Source: Guillardia theta CCMP2712 (Eukaryota > Protista > Cryptophyta). Taken from it: 64,000 nt of DNA. A model generated the notes under the pieces. It made no database searches. It saw nothing but the letters and a program-made list of their open reading frames with translations, and was not told the DNA's origin. Shown here in pieces: positions 48,143 through 62,344 of the stretch (position 1 is the stretch's first letter; each line of letters opens with the position of its first letter). A program made the translations under genes and the position numbers. The stretch spans positions 62,001 through 126,000 of the forward strand of contig NW_005434576.1 in NCBI RefSeq assembly GCF_000315625.1, in the 5' to 3' direction.

Positions 48143-48653
48143 TCCACAAACGTCTCAACTCGAGTGACCACCACCCCAGGGTACCAACAAAACCCTACGG
48201 CCTACCCACCCCATCCACATAGCTCAATGGTGACATTTTCACCCCCATTTTCCCCCCTCTGCACCCCTTCAATGGTGCTACAGCACACCACCCACCTCCA
48301 GCCCCCCCTCACATAAGTTCTATAACGCCACCCCCTCCCACAGTTTGTCCGATCACTCGGACTGTAACTGTGCTAGGTCAGCCATCATGTGTGGTTCCAT
48401 TCCTTGTGGTCAGCCATCATCTGCAGTTTCACTTGCGGCCGACCCATGGGGGAAATCTGAAGAGGAAATGCAGAATCGGCGGCAGATTTGGCGAAGAGTG
48501 AAGGAGAGCGCAGAGCAAGTGCAAGGGTAGAGAGACGAGTAGCAGGAGAAGGAAGAGAATGGATGAGAAGGATGAGACGTGGTTGAAGCAGCAGGAGCAG
48601 CACTCGATACAATCTCTTTGTTTGCCGCTGGATGAATGAAGTTTCAGGTGAGG

Positions 48654-50045
<1,392 letters not shown>

Positions 50046-50340
50046 CCGAGGGCTGCAGGGCCTGAGAGCGCTGCTCACTGAGCTTGTAGTGAACACCTCG
50101 AGTGAAGGATGCGAGGATTCTGAAGCGACAGCCAGCAGGAGAGGATCGGCAAACGAAGACGAGAACCGAAGGTGAGGTCTGTGAGGATTCAATTACATGT
50201 GGCTCAAGAGATCGGGCAGGAAAGGGAAACAGCAAAGTAGAGGAAGAGGCAGGGGGCGACGCTGATCTTTTAAACTGTTAACAAGCTGATCGCCAGCCCG
50301 AAAATTCCCAGAATTGACATGTCCACAATTTCACAAGTAT

Positions 50341-52195
50341 CTATTTGGTTTGTTTCGTCTTCTTGGAAAGTTTTTGCGTCAGATCGTCAATCTTAGCTTT
50401 AGCTTCATCGTAGGTTTCCTTTGAAACCATCTGAGACATCTGATTTTCTAGAGTCTTTACCTGATAGGGAGTTAGTGACTTGAAGAAGGCCGAAGGGTTG
50501 TACCTTCTCCATTAGTGTCTTCGCCAGCTTCTTCGAAGCTTCTAGTTTGTTCTGATTCTTGTGGTCATCTTCCTCTGCGTCGGCTCCGTCAGTTGCGTGT
50601 TTCTCCCCATTTTCTGGTGTCTTGTTCGGCTGGGACTCGGTCGACTTTTGCAGCTTCGAGTTCAGAGCAGTGACATCTGATTTCAGGCTCGAGTTTTCTG
50701 GTGTGGAAAAGCAGCATTCAAAAGAGTCGCAACAGGCACACTCGTATCGGACCTTGCTTCAGCTTATCGTTGAGATCTCTCAGCTGCTTCACCTCCAACA
50801 TCATCGATTCTTCGCTTCGCGTCAGCTCATGTCATCGGAGTTCATCTCACCCTTACCATGTGCAGTTTTGTCTTGCTTTGATCTCTGTGTTGAGCTCTGA
50901 CTCAAGAGTTCAATCTCACACACAAATAAGTGATCGTCTCGTCAACCTCAAGGTCACTCTTGGCTTTCTGGAGATCTCCCTCCTTTTGCTTCAGCTGGTC
51001 GTTTGCCTTCTTCAGCTCAGCCTCCAGCTGGGAAACTCGTTGACTCATCTGGTTGCTCTCTTTGACACTAGGTGCTGCGACGCTGGGAGCCTGAGCAGCT
51101 TTTGGCTCATTAGAGCCTTTCAAAATCTCTTCTTGCACACGACGAATGCGCGCTGCAACTTCTGCTTCAGCAAAAGCAGTTCTGATGCAAAAATCTTGGA
51201 ACTGATGAGCGAGGACGTTCAACTGACCCTGAAGGTCGAACCCGGGCCTTCGTGAAGCTTCTCTCAATCCATGAATCATCTGCAGCATTTGATCCACAGC
51301 TCCGATCCTTGAAACATCCTGCCTGACGATCTCGACAACAATCGGATGCCCTTGTCGGATGATCTTGAGATGAACTTTGGCCTGGAGCATCGTCAGCAAG
51401 AGCTCTACCCTACAACATCCTCTTCACCCCAGTGAAGTTAGCTTGCTGTAGCCTTGCAATGACTTCTTGACTTGCAACTCTGATGCCGTTGATCTCCTCA
51501 ATTATGTCACCTGGGAAAAGTCGCCCGTACGCAGTCGATCCGGGAGTCACTCCCAAGATTTCGTTTGTTCTTCTTTCCTTTCCATTGCCCAACAGAATCC
51601 CCAAGCTTGCCTTGCTTCCAATCTTGAAGAAATCTTTGAGCTCTCCGTTCTCGAGAACCAATCTCTTGGCGTCTTCAAGCCCCATCTCCAATTCCTGTAA
51701 CACATCATTCCAGTCAATCAAAGCGGTCTCAAGTTTCGTGGACGGTTCACAGACACGGGAGAGATCGAATCAGATCCTTCTACTCTCTCATTCGTCTCTG
51801 TCATATCACTCTTCTCGTTTCAAGTGAAAACGCTTCTAACCTTCATCTTCTTTGTGATACCTGTGTCTCCGATTGCATGTTACTATCAGGAAAACTCGAG
51901 GAGTCTGACTGTGTCTTGTTGGAGAAGAATCTGTCATCCTATTTCGGAAGGTCCAACTTTCTCTTTTCTTGCTCTACAGCTCTTCCAGTCCTGACACGCG
52001 TTCTACATCTCCTCTCGCAAACCTTGGACATACGAAATTTAATTCATCTCTGAATTGTGCAGACTGATTCAAGACACCTCTGCTTCGACTCTTAAGCTGA
52101 AATCTGCCGGCAATGGAACCCTCTCCTGTCCTTTCTGGTACGCATGGATTCTCTCTTCCCCTCGCTCCCTCCGATCCCCTTGCTCTGTCCTCCAT
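50341..52195 (-). CDS. PDZ-domain plus coiled-coil protein
   Basis: SLGILL...ILGVTPGSTAYGRLFPGDIIEEINGI (PDZ), followed by coiled-coil exons; stop at 50341-50343; start uncertain. Confidence 0.75.
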
Positions 52196-53336
52196 TCTTG
52201 TTCGAGTCCACGTCGCAATTTCTTTATCCGGCGCTTATGATTGGGGACCACCCCACCCCTCCTCGACCTCAACAATATGCATAAAATAACGGGTACAGGA
52301 GCATCTCATTGTGACCCCCACCCAATCCAAAATTCTCTCTCGTGCCATGATCCTGCCTACCACCCACCCCTTCGTCATCTGCCTTGTACCCTCCTCTGAT
52401 ACCCACCTACCCCCTTGTTTCCATGTTCCCTCCTGTGCCGTTGCCCCTCCTCTACCCTACCCCACCCCTGAGTCAAAGCAATCAGCACCCCCCCCCTTCC
52501 CCCCCCCCTAGTGCCGAATCCGTTCTACCCTACCATCCCAGAGCCAACACTCCCTTTAGGTGTGATAAGGCTAGGGGTGGGGGGTTCACTCCTCAAGTAG
52601 GGGTGGTAGCAGGTACGGTTTATACTGGTAGAAACCATAAAACCGGTACAGGGTCCATGTCATGAGGGGGTAGTAGGGTAGTACATATATGGTATTTTGA
52701 GGGTGGGGTAGGGCCACCCCTGCTTTCCAATTGCATAGAAAACGTGGGGTGGAGACGAACGATCAGTACAGAACTGGCTTCCATTTGAAAACGATTATTT
52801 ATAACTATCTATACATTTCAAATTTACTATCATATTTACAAACTTTGATGGACATGCCTGAAAACTGGAGAAAGGAGGAGGCCTACTATGGGTCGCATAA
52901 TCTTTTCATTCGAATTATGAAAATTTCAAATTTGAGAAAAGAATTTCTAGAATAATTGAAGGCAAAGTGGTCGACAGTTGGGAACGGAAACCAGGACAAT
53001 GCACATCAGCGGCGCCGTGTGAGGAACGAGACAGAGGAAGAGGAGGAAGGAAGAGGAGAAGAGACAGCAGAATTTCTATGGAGAGAAGGGAGGAGGGAGG
53101 AGAGGCTAGTCAGCTCGACCATGACAAGGAGCGTTTGTGAGAGGTGTTGTTGTCTGTACATCTGAGGTTAAAGAGAAGCAGTGATGTGAGAGACGAGGAG
53201 GAGTTTATTACGTGTAAGCGAGATAACAAAGGCAGCAAGATGAAGTTATTCTAAGAATTTGTTTCAATCCTTCCATAAAATGATTGTGATTTTTCAGGGT
53301 TTCATGTGATTGCACCTCAACGTGGGTCTTTTCGCA

Positions 53337-55010
53337 ATGACGATGAATCATTCTGGTCCTCGAACAGCGGGAAACAAAAGTCTCGTCTCGTACAGATCAG
53401 GTCAAGTCATTTCTCTTGCATGCTTGAAAGACCTGCCGGCTGATCCATCTACATCAGGATATGGCATCGTGGGATACGCAGGCTACACGCCTTCGTCGGA
53501 GTGCATCCCTATACCAGTCAAAACGGGACCGAGCACATTTGAAGGTGCTGCATGGTGAGAGGAAAAGCATCCTGACTGTCTCTCAGAACGGATGGAGATC
53601 AAGGAAGCGAATCAAACCTACACCAAGGAATACTTGAATAATGGGGGATACAGCAGCTTGTACGGGAGTACTCTAGGGCTGATCAAACCGCTGGCGGACA
53701 ATTCCAATGAGGTGCCCGAGGAGCAGGCAGGGTGGGGTTATGCCTGTTGACCTTGACTTGAGCATCATGTGACTGCGTGGTCCTTGCAGCGAGAGTGTTC
53801 GATCAGAAGCAGCTGACGAGCGAGAATTCCAATCCAAACCGTTCTTGGCATCCTCATTGTACTTGAACGACTTCAAAGTTCATCAGAAACCTCAGCGGAT
53901 AGGTGGGGTTGTATGATCGTGCCTCAGACGCTGATGAGACCTGTCGTAGCGCTGATGGGAGTCAAAAGATATTCTGCACAAGGGACAACGTATTCAGACT
54001 CCTTCGAGCTTGCAGCCGACTTGAAGTACGGACAGAACTGGCTCGAGGAGAAGAGCCTCAGGCCCAAGACCTACGTCAAGTCAGTTGTCTTGTGTGTCTG
54101 ATGTGACATTCTTTCTGCTAACTTCACGATGCCCTTCATGTAGTGAGAAGCCGAAATGGAGAGACGTCGACCTGAAGCCAAGGCCGATGAGCAGTCAGTA
54201 CATGAATGACTTCGCCATGAAATCGGGAGAGATCATGAAGCAGCCTGGAGGTGAATGGCCGTCGATCTGTCTCTTCTGATGCTTCTCCCAGACATCTGCG
54301 ACAAAGCGAGCAGCAAGGAGCTTTTCCAGGGCACCACCAAGTTCTTCCGATTAGTCCCCAACTACTACGGGTTCATTCCCGCCTCAGAGGCGAATCAGCA
54401 TGCCCTTTCTCAGGTGAGACAGCCGAAGGTCTTCGACGAGCTTGACGGCCCTTTGACAGGTCAGCCGCATGGACCTCAAGCCCGACTCAAAGAAGTTCCG
54501 CCTCTTCACCCTCCAGCAATATTCTCTCAACGTTCCTGGATGTGCCAAGTTCCGCCCCAGCACAGCGTACAACTTGTCACGGTTGCATCAGGATATTCCC
54601 AGTGCGGCGTGAGCATGTTCTTCCTCCCTCATCTGAAGTTTTCGGCAGCCACAAGTTTGTCAACGAAGTCCGTGGGCGATTTCTTGTCATCGCCATCAGC
54701 CGAGGAGATGCTAAAGAGTACGAGCACGAGGTAACGACTAAGTCAGTGAGGAAATATCGCTCAACTGCTGCAGGAACAAAGGCATCCTCGGTTTTTTCCA
54801 GAGTGGAGAAGTTAGCCAGAGCTCGAACGGCATCCACAACGCACAGGGGTTCTACAAGCTCCTCCGTCCATACGAGGGTCTTCCTCGGGTTATGTGGCCT
54901 TCGTCGAGATCGGAGTCAGGGTGAGAGATGTTCTGGTAAATGACAAGGCTTCTTTGACTTCATCTTTCTTGTTCTCTCTACAGCTATCGATTCTCCAAGG
55001 TATGAGGCAC
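53337..55010 (+). CDS. Multi-exon protein with IVGYAGYTP and VPNYYGFIP motifs; candidate ciliary microtubule-associated protein
   Basis: Short exons separated by ~50-nt introns; motifs resemble the PYG/GYxGxxP repeats of FAM166-type microtubule inner proteins; 3' end approximate. Confidence 0.5.
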
Positions 55011-55085
55011 GCCAATGGAAGACGTCATCGGAGACTCATTTCTCCAGCCATTGAGATGTTTCCTAAAGCAGCAAGTCATCATGAA

Positions 55086-56383
55086 TCAGTCAAGAATCTC
55101 AAGAAGAATGTAGAGCATGAAAGTTGTTACCCTCAGGAAATTAATGAATTGCTTGTTCTGATCTTGTGAAATAGACTTGCCATGAATAGTTAGCAGCATT
55201 CGTGTTGACAGAGTTGCAATTACTTCCATCAGATAGGCGAGCACATCCTTAGAGAGGTGCTTCTTTACTGTGTTCAGGATCGCGTCCTGCGAGCGAGAGC
55301 GAAATCATCAGATTAGCGCGAGACGAGAATCGAGCAAGCATCAACGCTGCAGCGGCTCTTACTTGCACTGGTGGGTTCAAATCCACAAAGTGCTTCAAGG
55401 TCGTCGTTTCAAGCTGAGAAGTCGTGAGGGAAGGGGAAAAACTCACAGCAGACAAGTCGTCACCTCGTCGTCATCTGCTTCTCGCTCCGTTCTTCCAACA
55501 ACGGGGAGTCAGTACCTGAGAGCAACTCCCCAGGGCTTTCACCTTAAGTTGCTGTACACGGAGTAGAGACCATTGGTCGTCCCATGCAGGTTTACAACAT
55601 GACCTGCGGGATTGATTCCAAGAGCAGCGCCAACTATGCGTATGCCTTCCGCCGAGAAGAAAAGTTCCAAGAGAAGGGGCTGCCGAATAGTCAGTGTTTG
55701 ACTAGTAGACCGAGAAGAGGTGACCAGGTCTTTCCCTTTCCTCTCAATGGCTAGCAACAGAGAGACTCCGAATTCTTCCTCCTTGTCGTCTTCTTCATCG
55801 TCCTCGAAATCGTCATCCTCTTCATCGATTTCGTCCATGTCCACTATAGACTGAGAGCAACACAGGATCAGCCAAACCACACAAGCCCAATGAGAAATCA
55901 GATTACCGTCGAGGATGTCAAGATAATGAATGAAAACTCTCCCTCTGTTTTGGTCAACACATAATACAAAGCTTCTCCAGGGGACAAGTACTTGTCCATA
56001 TCCAGTCTGCTCCATCCCGCAGGTACTGTGAGATCCCTGAATTTATGCTTGAGGAGAACGGAATGTTGGAGGGCCAACATCCGAGACAGAGAAAGCTTCG
56101 CAGGAGCAGGCGCCTTTGGTTTTGGTTTCGACTTGCTCATCATCCTCTTCTGCAAAAAGTTGATGCTCCTACCGTTGCCCTGGTGCTGACGAGCTTGACT
56201 CGTGGCAGATTGCGGGAGGAATGGGGAGGGTGCGAAGCATAGCTTGTGGGAGCAGGTATAGGAAGGAGGGGCTGGAGTGTTCGAGAGAAGGGGGAGGAGA
56301 GGAGAGAGACGGGCGCCCTGCTGACTTCCTACCGCAACGCGCGCTGCTCTGCCGAGCAGCCGCAGCATGGCACGCGGGGCCAT
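55086..56383 (-). CDS. Mitochondrial acidic matrix protein, MAM33/C1QBP family
   Basis: Arg/Ala/Leu-rich presequence (MAPRAMLRLLGRAAR), acidic loop, C-terminal FVDLNPPVQ/DAILNTV...LAYLME...FINFL pattern. Confidence 0.6.
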
Positions 56384-56865
56384 AGTAAATGAGGAGTATT
56401 AAATCAAAAAGGTTTATAAGAAAACTACCAATTATCAATATTTAATAAATTTATATGATGAAATCAATATAGTGCACCTGCATACTACTATGTTAATCCC
56501 TGTAGATCAGTAGTGAGCAACTCAGTAATGAAAAATATTTTGTACCGAAGTTATTAATTAAAATTCCACAGGAAAGCTGGCTTCACACCGGTGGTAGAAT
56601 ATAAGATGAAAAGGGAGAGATGGGGGTAGGGGTCGATCACATTGCGACCCGCCTCTCTCTCCCATTTGTAAGAGACCCAGCTGGTTGGAGGAGGAGGAGG
56701 GACCCAGCTGGTTGGAGGAGGAGGAGGGCGAGGAGGAGGGGGAGGGGGAGGGGGAGGAGGGGGGGGGGGGAGGGGAGGAGGTGGAGGGGCACGACATTAC
56801 ATAGAAAAGAAATGCCTCGACATTACATAGATTTTACATCACAACTCGGGATGAGCACGAGTAGC

Positions 56866-59616
56866 CTATCCTTTGATGCAGATGACGGGTCTGAGCTTCA
56901 CGCACTTCCTTGAGATGCCAGCTGCATGGCACGTCTCGATGACCTGCCTGCCATTGAGCGGCCAAGACAACGTCGAAGATCTCTCACCTCGCTAACATCC
57001 TTGTAGCTTTGTGGCGCCTCCTCCGCTACCAACTTCTTGGTCGCGACCCTCGCTGTACATCCTCGATCCTGGCAGGCAGATCTTCAGCCCTCGTAGCACA
57101 GTTGTGGAGTTGAGGTCACCTCCACCTCCTTCAAAACAGCCCTGGAGTCAAGGCTTCGCATCGCTGCCTCCAACTCTCAGGTCGTTTGCAGGCTTCAAGC
57201 AACCAGACAGCACCTTGTGATCGGCTCATCGCTCTTCCAGCTCCATGGCAGGTCGAGCCGAACGTGCTCTCCATGGCCTTGGCCGTCCCCGTGAGGACGT
57301 AGCTGCACGTTCCCATGGAGCCACCGACGAGGACGGGTTGTCCGATGCTCCGATACTTGTCACAGATCTCTGGAGATCCAGGGCCGAAGGCCCTCGTCGC
57401 CCCTGCAGGAGGCGATGACAAGAAGGAGAGAAGCTTCGGTCAACCAACCTTTGCGGTGCACCAGGACCTTCTTTTTGACTCCATCCACCATGTGCTCCTG
57501 CGTGCCAAGCACGTGATTCGAAGCCGGTCCTCTAGGCGAAGAGAAAGTTCGGCGGAGACCTGGGGCGGGGGGTAGGAGAGGGGGTTGGGGTTGGCAGGAT
57601 CGAGAGAGTTCAAGAGGACGAGACAGGGAAGAGACAAACACTAAGATGGTATCGATTCTTACCTCAACCTTCGCAATGTTGTGGGATACATCGTAAACTG
57701 TGCTCATTCCGAGTTCCTTCTCGTCCCTCTCAAAGATTGTTGCGAAGCTTTGCCGGACAGCTTTTGCCATCAGACATCGATTGACAAACGCGAAATTCGC
57801 TGCTGCTCGCATGGCAGCAAGGTACTTCTGTCCCTCCTTGGACTGAAAATACATCAAACAGCATTTCAGAGCTGTAGACACGATAAGGAACAAACTACCT
57901 TGATACGACAGCAAGCCAACTGCCTGTCTACTACCGAGATCCCCTAAGCGTAAAGGTCAAGGGAAGCAGCCATGGGGTGGGCAGATTGAGTCACTTGTTG
58001 CTTCATAACCTTCTCTGCCTCGGCCACGGCATCCGTACAGACCTTGAGGCATTTCAACAAACGAACAGATTGAGAAGCTGCAGCTACCTGATGCCCAAGA
58101 CCTCTGCTTCCACTATGCAGCATGATACAAACAGTGCCAAGTTTGAGACCCATCGCGGAAGCTGCTTCTTCATCGTATACTTCCTCCACCACTTGAACCT
58201 CTGCGTAGTGATTGCCGGAACCTGCAAACATACCCGATGGTAAGAGTCAAATGCAGAACCTTCGCTTTGCACACCAAGTGACCCGCATTGATTTCTTCCT
58301 CGCGCTTTCGCACGGTCACTCACAGCATCTGGGTCTGCGCCTTCGAAAGATCCTCTCTCTTCGACCCTGTCATTCATGATAATCACTCCCGAACTCATCA
58401 AACTTGTTTCCTTGCTTACACTTCCCGATCTTCCGGCCAACACAAATTCCTCTCCTCAGCCCACGCCATTCCTCGCCGGAGGATATCATCAAGCTCCTGT
58501 GCATACAGACTCAACTCCCTCCAAGCTCTCCGTGTTGCTGAAACCTTGCCGTCCGCTTGACCCAACACACTTCCTTCACCCTGCGATGCAGTGAATGTCA
58601 CAACAGTAGCGCAGGACTGGCGCATGGAAACTCACAACTCCCACTGGGATGTTCTTGAAGAGGAGATCTGCAAGCCGATTCTTCAATGCAGCATCACCTA
58701 TCACATCGCGCTCGTGAAGGTTTGTACGCAGCAACCGAACCCCGCAGTTGATATCGAAGCCGACACCGCCTGCAAGAGATTGAGATGTGTGGACGTTTAT
58801 CTGCTGCCAACCTGGAGAGACGACAGAATCATCATCATCCATGTCAACAGCCGCGACATTTCCTATCGCAAATCCATATCCGCTATGGATGTCGGGCATG
58901 CCTATAGAGCTCGACACCACTCCAGGTAGCGTTGCTACGTTGGAAAGCTGCTGGATGGCGGACAGAAAGCCTCCCTTGCTCCCATTTGCCTGGTTCTCAA
59001 GCATCTCCTTCAACACCTGCTTCAAGAGAGGCTTGTTGGCATAGAAACTCGCACTCGATCTCATCCCCTCAATGTGTCCTTTGGGTATCGTAAATAGCTG
59101 GTTGCCGTCCCATTGGATGTACGGCGCCGACTTGAGCATGCTCTCGATGCTGGTATCGTCGATCTCAATACTTTTCCTTGCACGATCATCACTCAATCCA
59201 CCTCCCCGCAGATGCCAGTTTCCTCTTTTCGACATTTTCTCTTCATCCTGGTTATTGGCGCGGGCTTTGGGTTTCCTCGAGAACAAGTTGCTAAGTAGCC
59301 TTGCTGGATATTTGTACAACCAGGCCTCTCCAACAGCAATCTTCTTCCTTATCGTGCTAAGAATTTGCATTCCTCCTCTCTCCGTGCCCTTGCTCTCCCT
59401 CGAACTTCGCCATAGCCCTCCTCCTCTCAGACGGAGCGGCTCGGCTCCTAATGCACCCAGGCTCCCGTAAGAGGCTGTGCATGTGTGAGAGGCAGGAGCG
59501 GAGCCGTGGGAACAGCAGACGACGGCAGAGAGCGCAAGGAGGAAGAGGAAGAGAAGGCTGGAGCATGGCGAGGATGGCCGGTGGCGGCGCCTGTGGGCGC
59601 CTGGTAGGATAGCCAT
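56866..59616 (-). CDS. rtcB: RtcB family RNA/tRNA-splicing ligase with N-terminal signal peptide and LRGG-containing extension
   Basis: [88 protein letters not shown]-stop. Confidence 0.95.
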
Positions 59617-60095
59617 GATGTGCCTGTTAGCTGGAATTTCAATGTTCATACAGTAATTTCATACCACCCCACCGTTTGTAAGCTTTCATATCTGTCAGAA
59701 ACGGGAGTCGATACAATAATTTCAAATATCATTTCCTTGATTTCAAATTTTACAACTCAATTTAAACTTTACTCAAATACCCAGAACTTCGTACGAACGA
59801 AGGTGAGTGGGAAAGGGTGGGGTATCTATTTTGTTTCGGAGGGGTGGGGTAAATGAGGGGCTCCTGGGCGGGGGAAATGCGGAAGTGCGAAAAGAGTAGC
59901 GGTGATAGTGTGAGCAAGTAGGAGGAGAGAGCTGGTAGAGAAGGAGGAGAGAGTTGGTAGAGAAGAAGCATAAGGTTTGTTCGTTCTCAGCCTGAAAGAG
60001 AGGAGAACGCTCTCCATCCACTCCTCGACCACACTCGTTGCCCTCCCTGCGCATCGGGAATTTTGAGTTGGAAGTTTTTTTAGCCGAGCAGGAGG

Positions 60096-61632
60096 ATGGG
60101 CATCAAGGGACTGCGACAGGCCGTAGCGGCACACATGAGGGAGGGACATGTCAAGGAGATTGCCGGCAAGACTGTGGTGTGCGATGGACACGCATGGCTG
60201 CACAAGGCGGCGTTTGGATGCGCTTTTGACATTGCCATGGGCAAACCGACTGACAAGTACATCGAGTACTGCATGCACCTTGTGAACATGCTCAAGTTCT
60301 ATGGCGTCACCCCCATTATCGTGTTGGACGGGCGTTCTCTTCCCGGAAAGGCTCGCGTCAACAGCGAGCGAAATGCAAGGAGGGAGAGCCAGCGGGCGCT
60401 GGGCATGGAGCTGCTGCGCCGCGGGGATCGTTCAGGAGCCTTGAAGTGCTTGCAGCAGTCCATCCATGTGACGGCAGAGATGGCACATGCGTTCCATGCG
60501 CGCCTGCAGAGCGAGAAAGTGACATGCATCGTGTCGCCGTACGAGGCCGATGCACAGATGTCGTACATGGTGAGAAAGGGGATGGCTCAGGCTGTGATCT
60601 CGGAGGACAGCGACATGGTTCCCTTTGGGGTTGACATGATACTCTACAAGATGGACACGAGCGGGAGCTGCTGCATCTTCGAGAACAAGCCTCTCGGGGA
60701 GGGGAACAAGAAGTCAATGGACGTCAGCAAGCTGAGCGGAGACGCGAGGATCCATATGTGTATCCTTGCTGGGTGCGACTATCTACAGAGCATCCCAGGG
60801 ATTGGCATCCAGAAGGCCTACGGGCTGATCAGGGAGCACGGGGACGGAAAAAAGGCGATAGAGGCTCTGAGAAAGCATCCCAAGATGAAGGAGAAGGTAC
60901 CGGATGGGTACGAGGACGCGTTCGAGCGAGCGGAGAAGCTTTTCAAACACCAGTGGGTCTACGATATGGAGGAGAGGAAGTTGGTCAACATGACGCAAGT
61001 CCCGGAGGATCACGACGCTGCGCAGCTCGAGGAGATTATCGGGCAGAGGATGTCTGACGAGGACGCGTACAAGGTGTGCGAGGCAGGGACCCATCACCAC
61101 AAGACCCTCCAGCCCTTCTCCTCCTCCTCCTCCTCCACCAATACCACCTCGACCTCCTCTTCTTCCTCCAACAAACACGCTGCCCCCTCATCCTCTACCA
61201 CTTCCTCTCTGTCCTCCTTCTTCAAACCTGCAGGGACAGCAGGGAAAGAATCTAGTGCTGCCAACGGGGGGCAGATGAAGGAGCAGGGAAGGGCTCAAAA
61301 CGTTTCCTCCAAGGCAACAGGAAAGAAGAATACCTCCTCTCCTCCGAAACTCTTCAGACCCAAAACGCCGAACGCAGGAACAAATTCAACCTCCTTCTCC
61401 TCCGAGCTGCTGGCGATCATGCCAGACAAGCTTGACGATCCCCCGAGCAGCCTTGCGCAGGAGGATGGGCAAGCAGAGCTGCCTGAGGCTGATGATGACG
61501 TGGATCGTTCGAAATTTGAAGGAGCGGAGGAGGAGAATATGGAAAAGATGGAAACGGAGGAGTACAGCCATCAGGATATGGACCAGGAGGATGGGGAGGA
61601 GGAAGGAACCAAGAAGGCTCAAGAGGGTGCAA

Positions 61633-61704
<72 letters not shown>

Positions 61705-62237
61705 AAGTCAAGGAGCAGGAGCAGGAGAAGGAGAGGGAGAAGGAAGAACCCGTGGAGGCTTCGCTGGAGCATGGGGAGATGGAGGTGGATGTGATCGACC
61801 TCCTGCACTGCGAGGAGGTGAAGCGAGTGAAGCAAAAGGGAAGGCGATCTCCCTTGCAGAAAAGAACGGGAACAGGGTCGAGCAAGAAGATTTCGACACC
61901 TCCTACCGTCAGGAAACGGCAGGACGTGCTGAAGAACTTGTTCGCCAGGCCTGGCCAGCGGGACAAGGCGGAGGAGGGGAAGGCGGAGCAGAAGGAACAG
62001 AAAGGAGAAGCAAACACGGGAGGACAAGAGAAGAGTGTAGGGGACGACAGCGAAGTTACCTGCCGCGACAAGGAGGAGGCAGCAGTGGTTAGGATGAAGC
62101 CTTTGCATGCAAGGGCGGACAAAAGGACTGCAAGCAGGCCCGCGGCTGAGAGGTCGAGGAAGAAGCTCAGGAAGGAGGTGAAGGTGACGAGTGGGAAGGG
62201 ACCCATGGACGCCTTCCTGGTCGCCATGAACAAGTGA
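60096..62237 (+). CDS. EXO1: Exonuclease 1 (XPG/Rad2 family)
   Basis: MGIKGL, DGHAWLHK, VLDG, SPYEADAQ, ISEDSD, AGCDY..IPGIG, FKHQWVYD; long disordered tail ending MDAFL. Confidence 0.93.
61636..61726 (+). repeat. (GAGCAG)n coding repeat giving poly-(EQ) in EXO1
   Basis: Directly visible. Confidence 0.95.
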
Positions 62238-62344
62238 AGACAGCGCTTGTCAACAATGAATATCTTACAGACTGAATCATCACAATACCTTCTCCTCCCC
62301 TCTTACTCCTTCCTCTTTCCTTTCTCCTGCTCCTCCCTCCACCC

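Noticed and set aside
59100-59616. RtcB N-terminal extension as an intein or a full ubiquitin fusion
   Set aside because: No intein block motifs or HN-C/S/T junction; only the LRGG tail resembles ubiquitin, not the fold.
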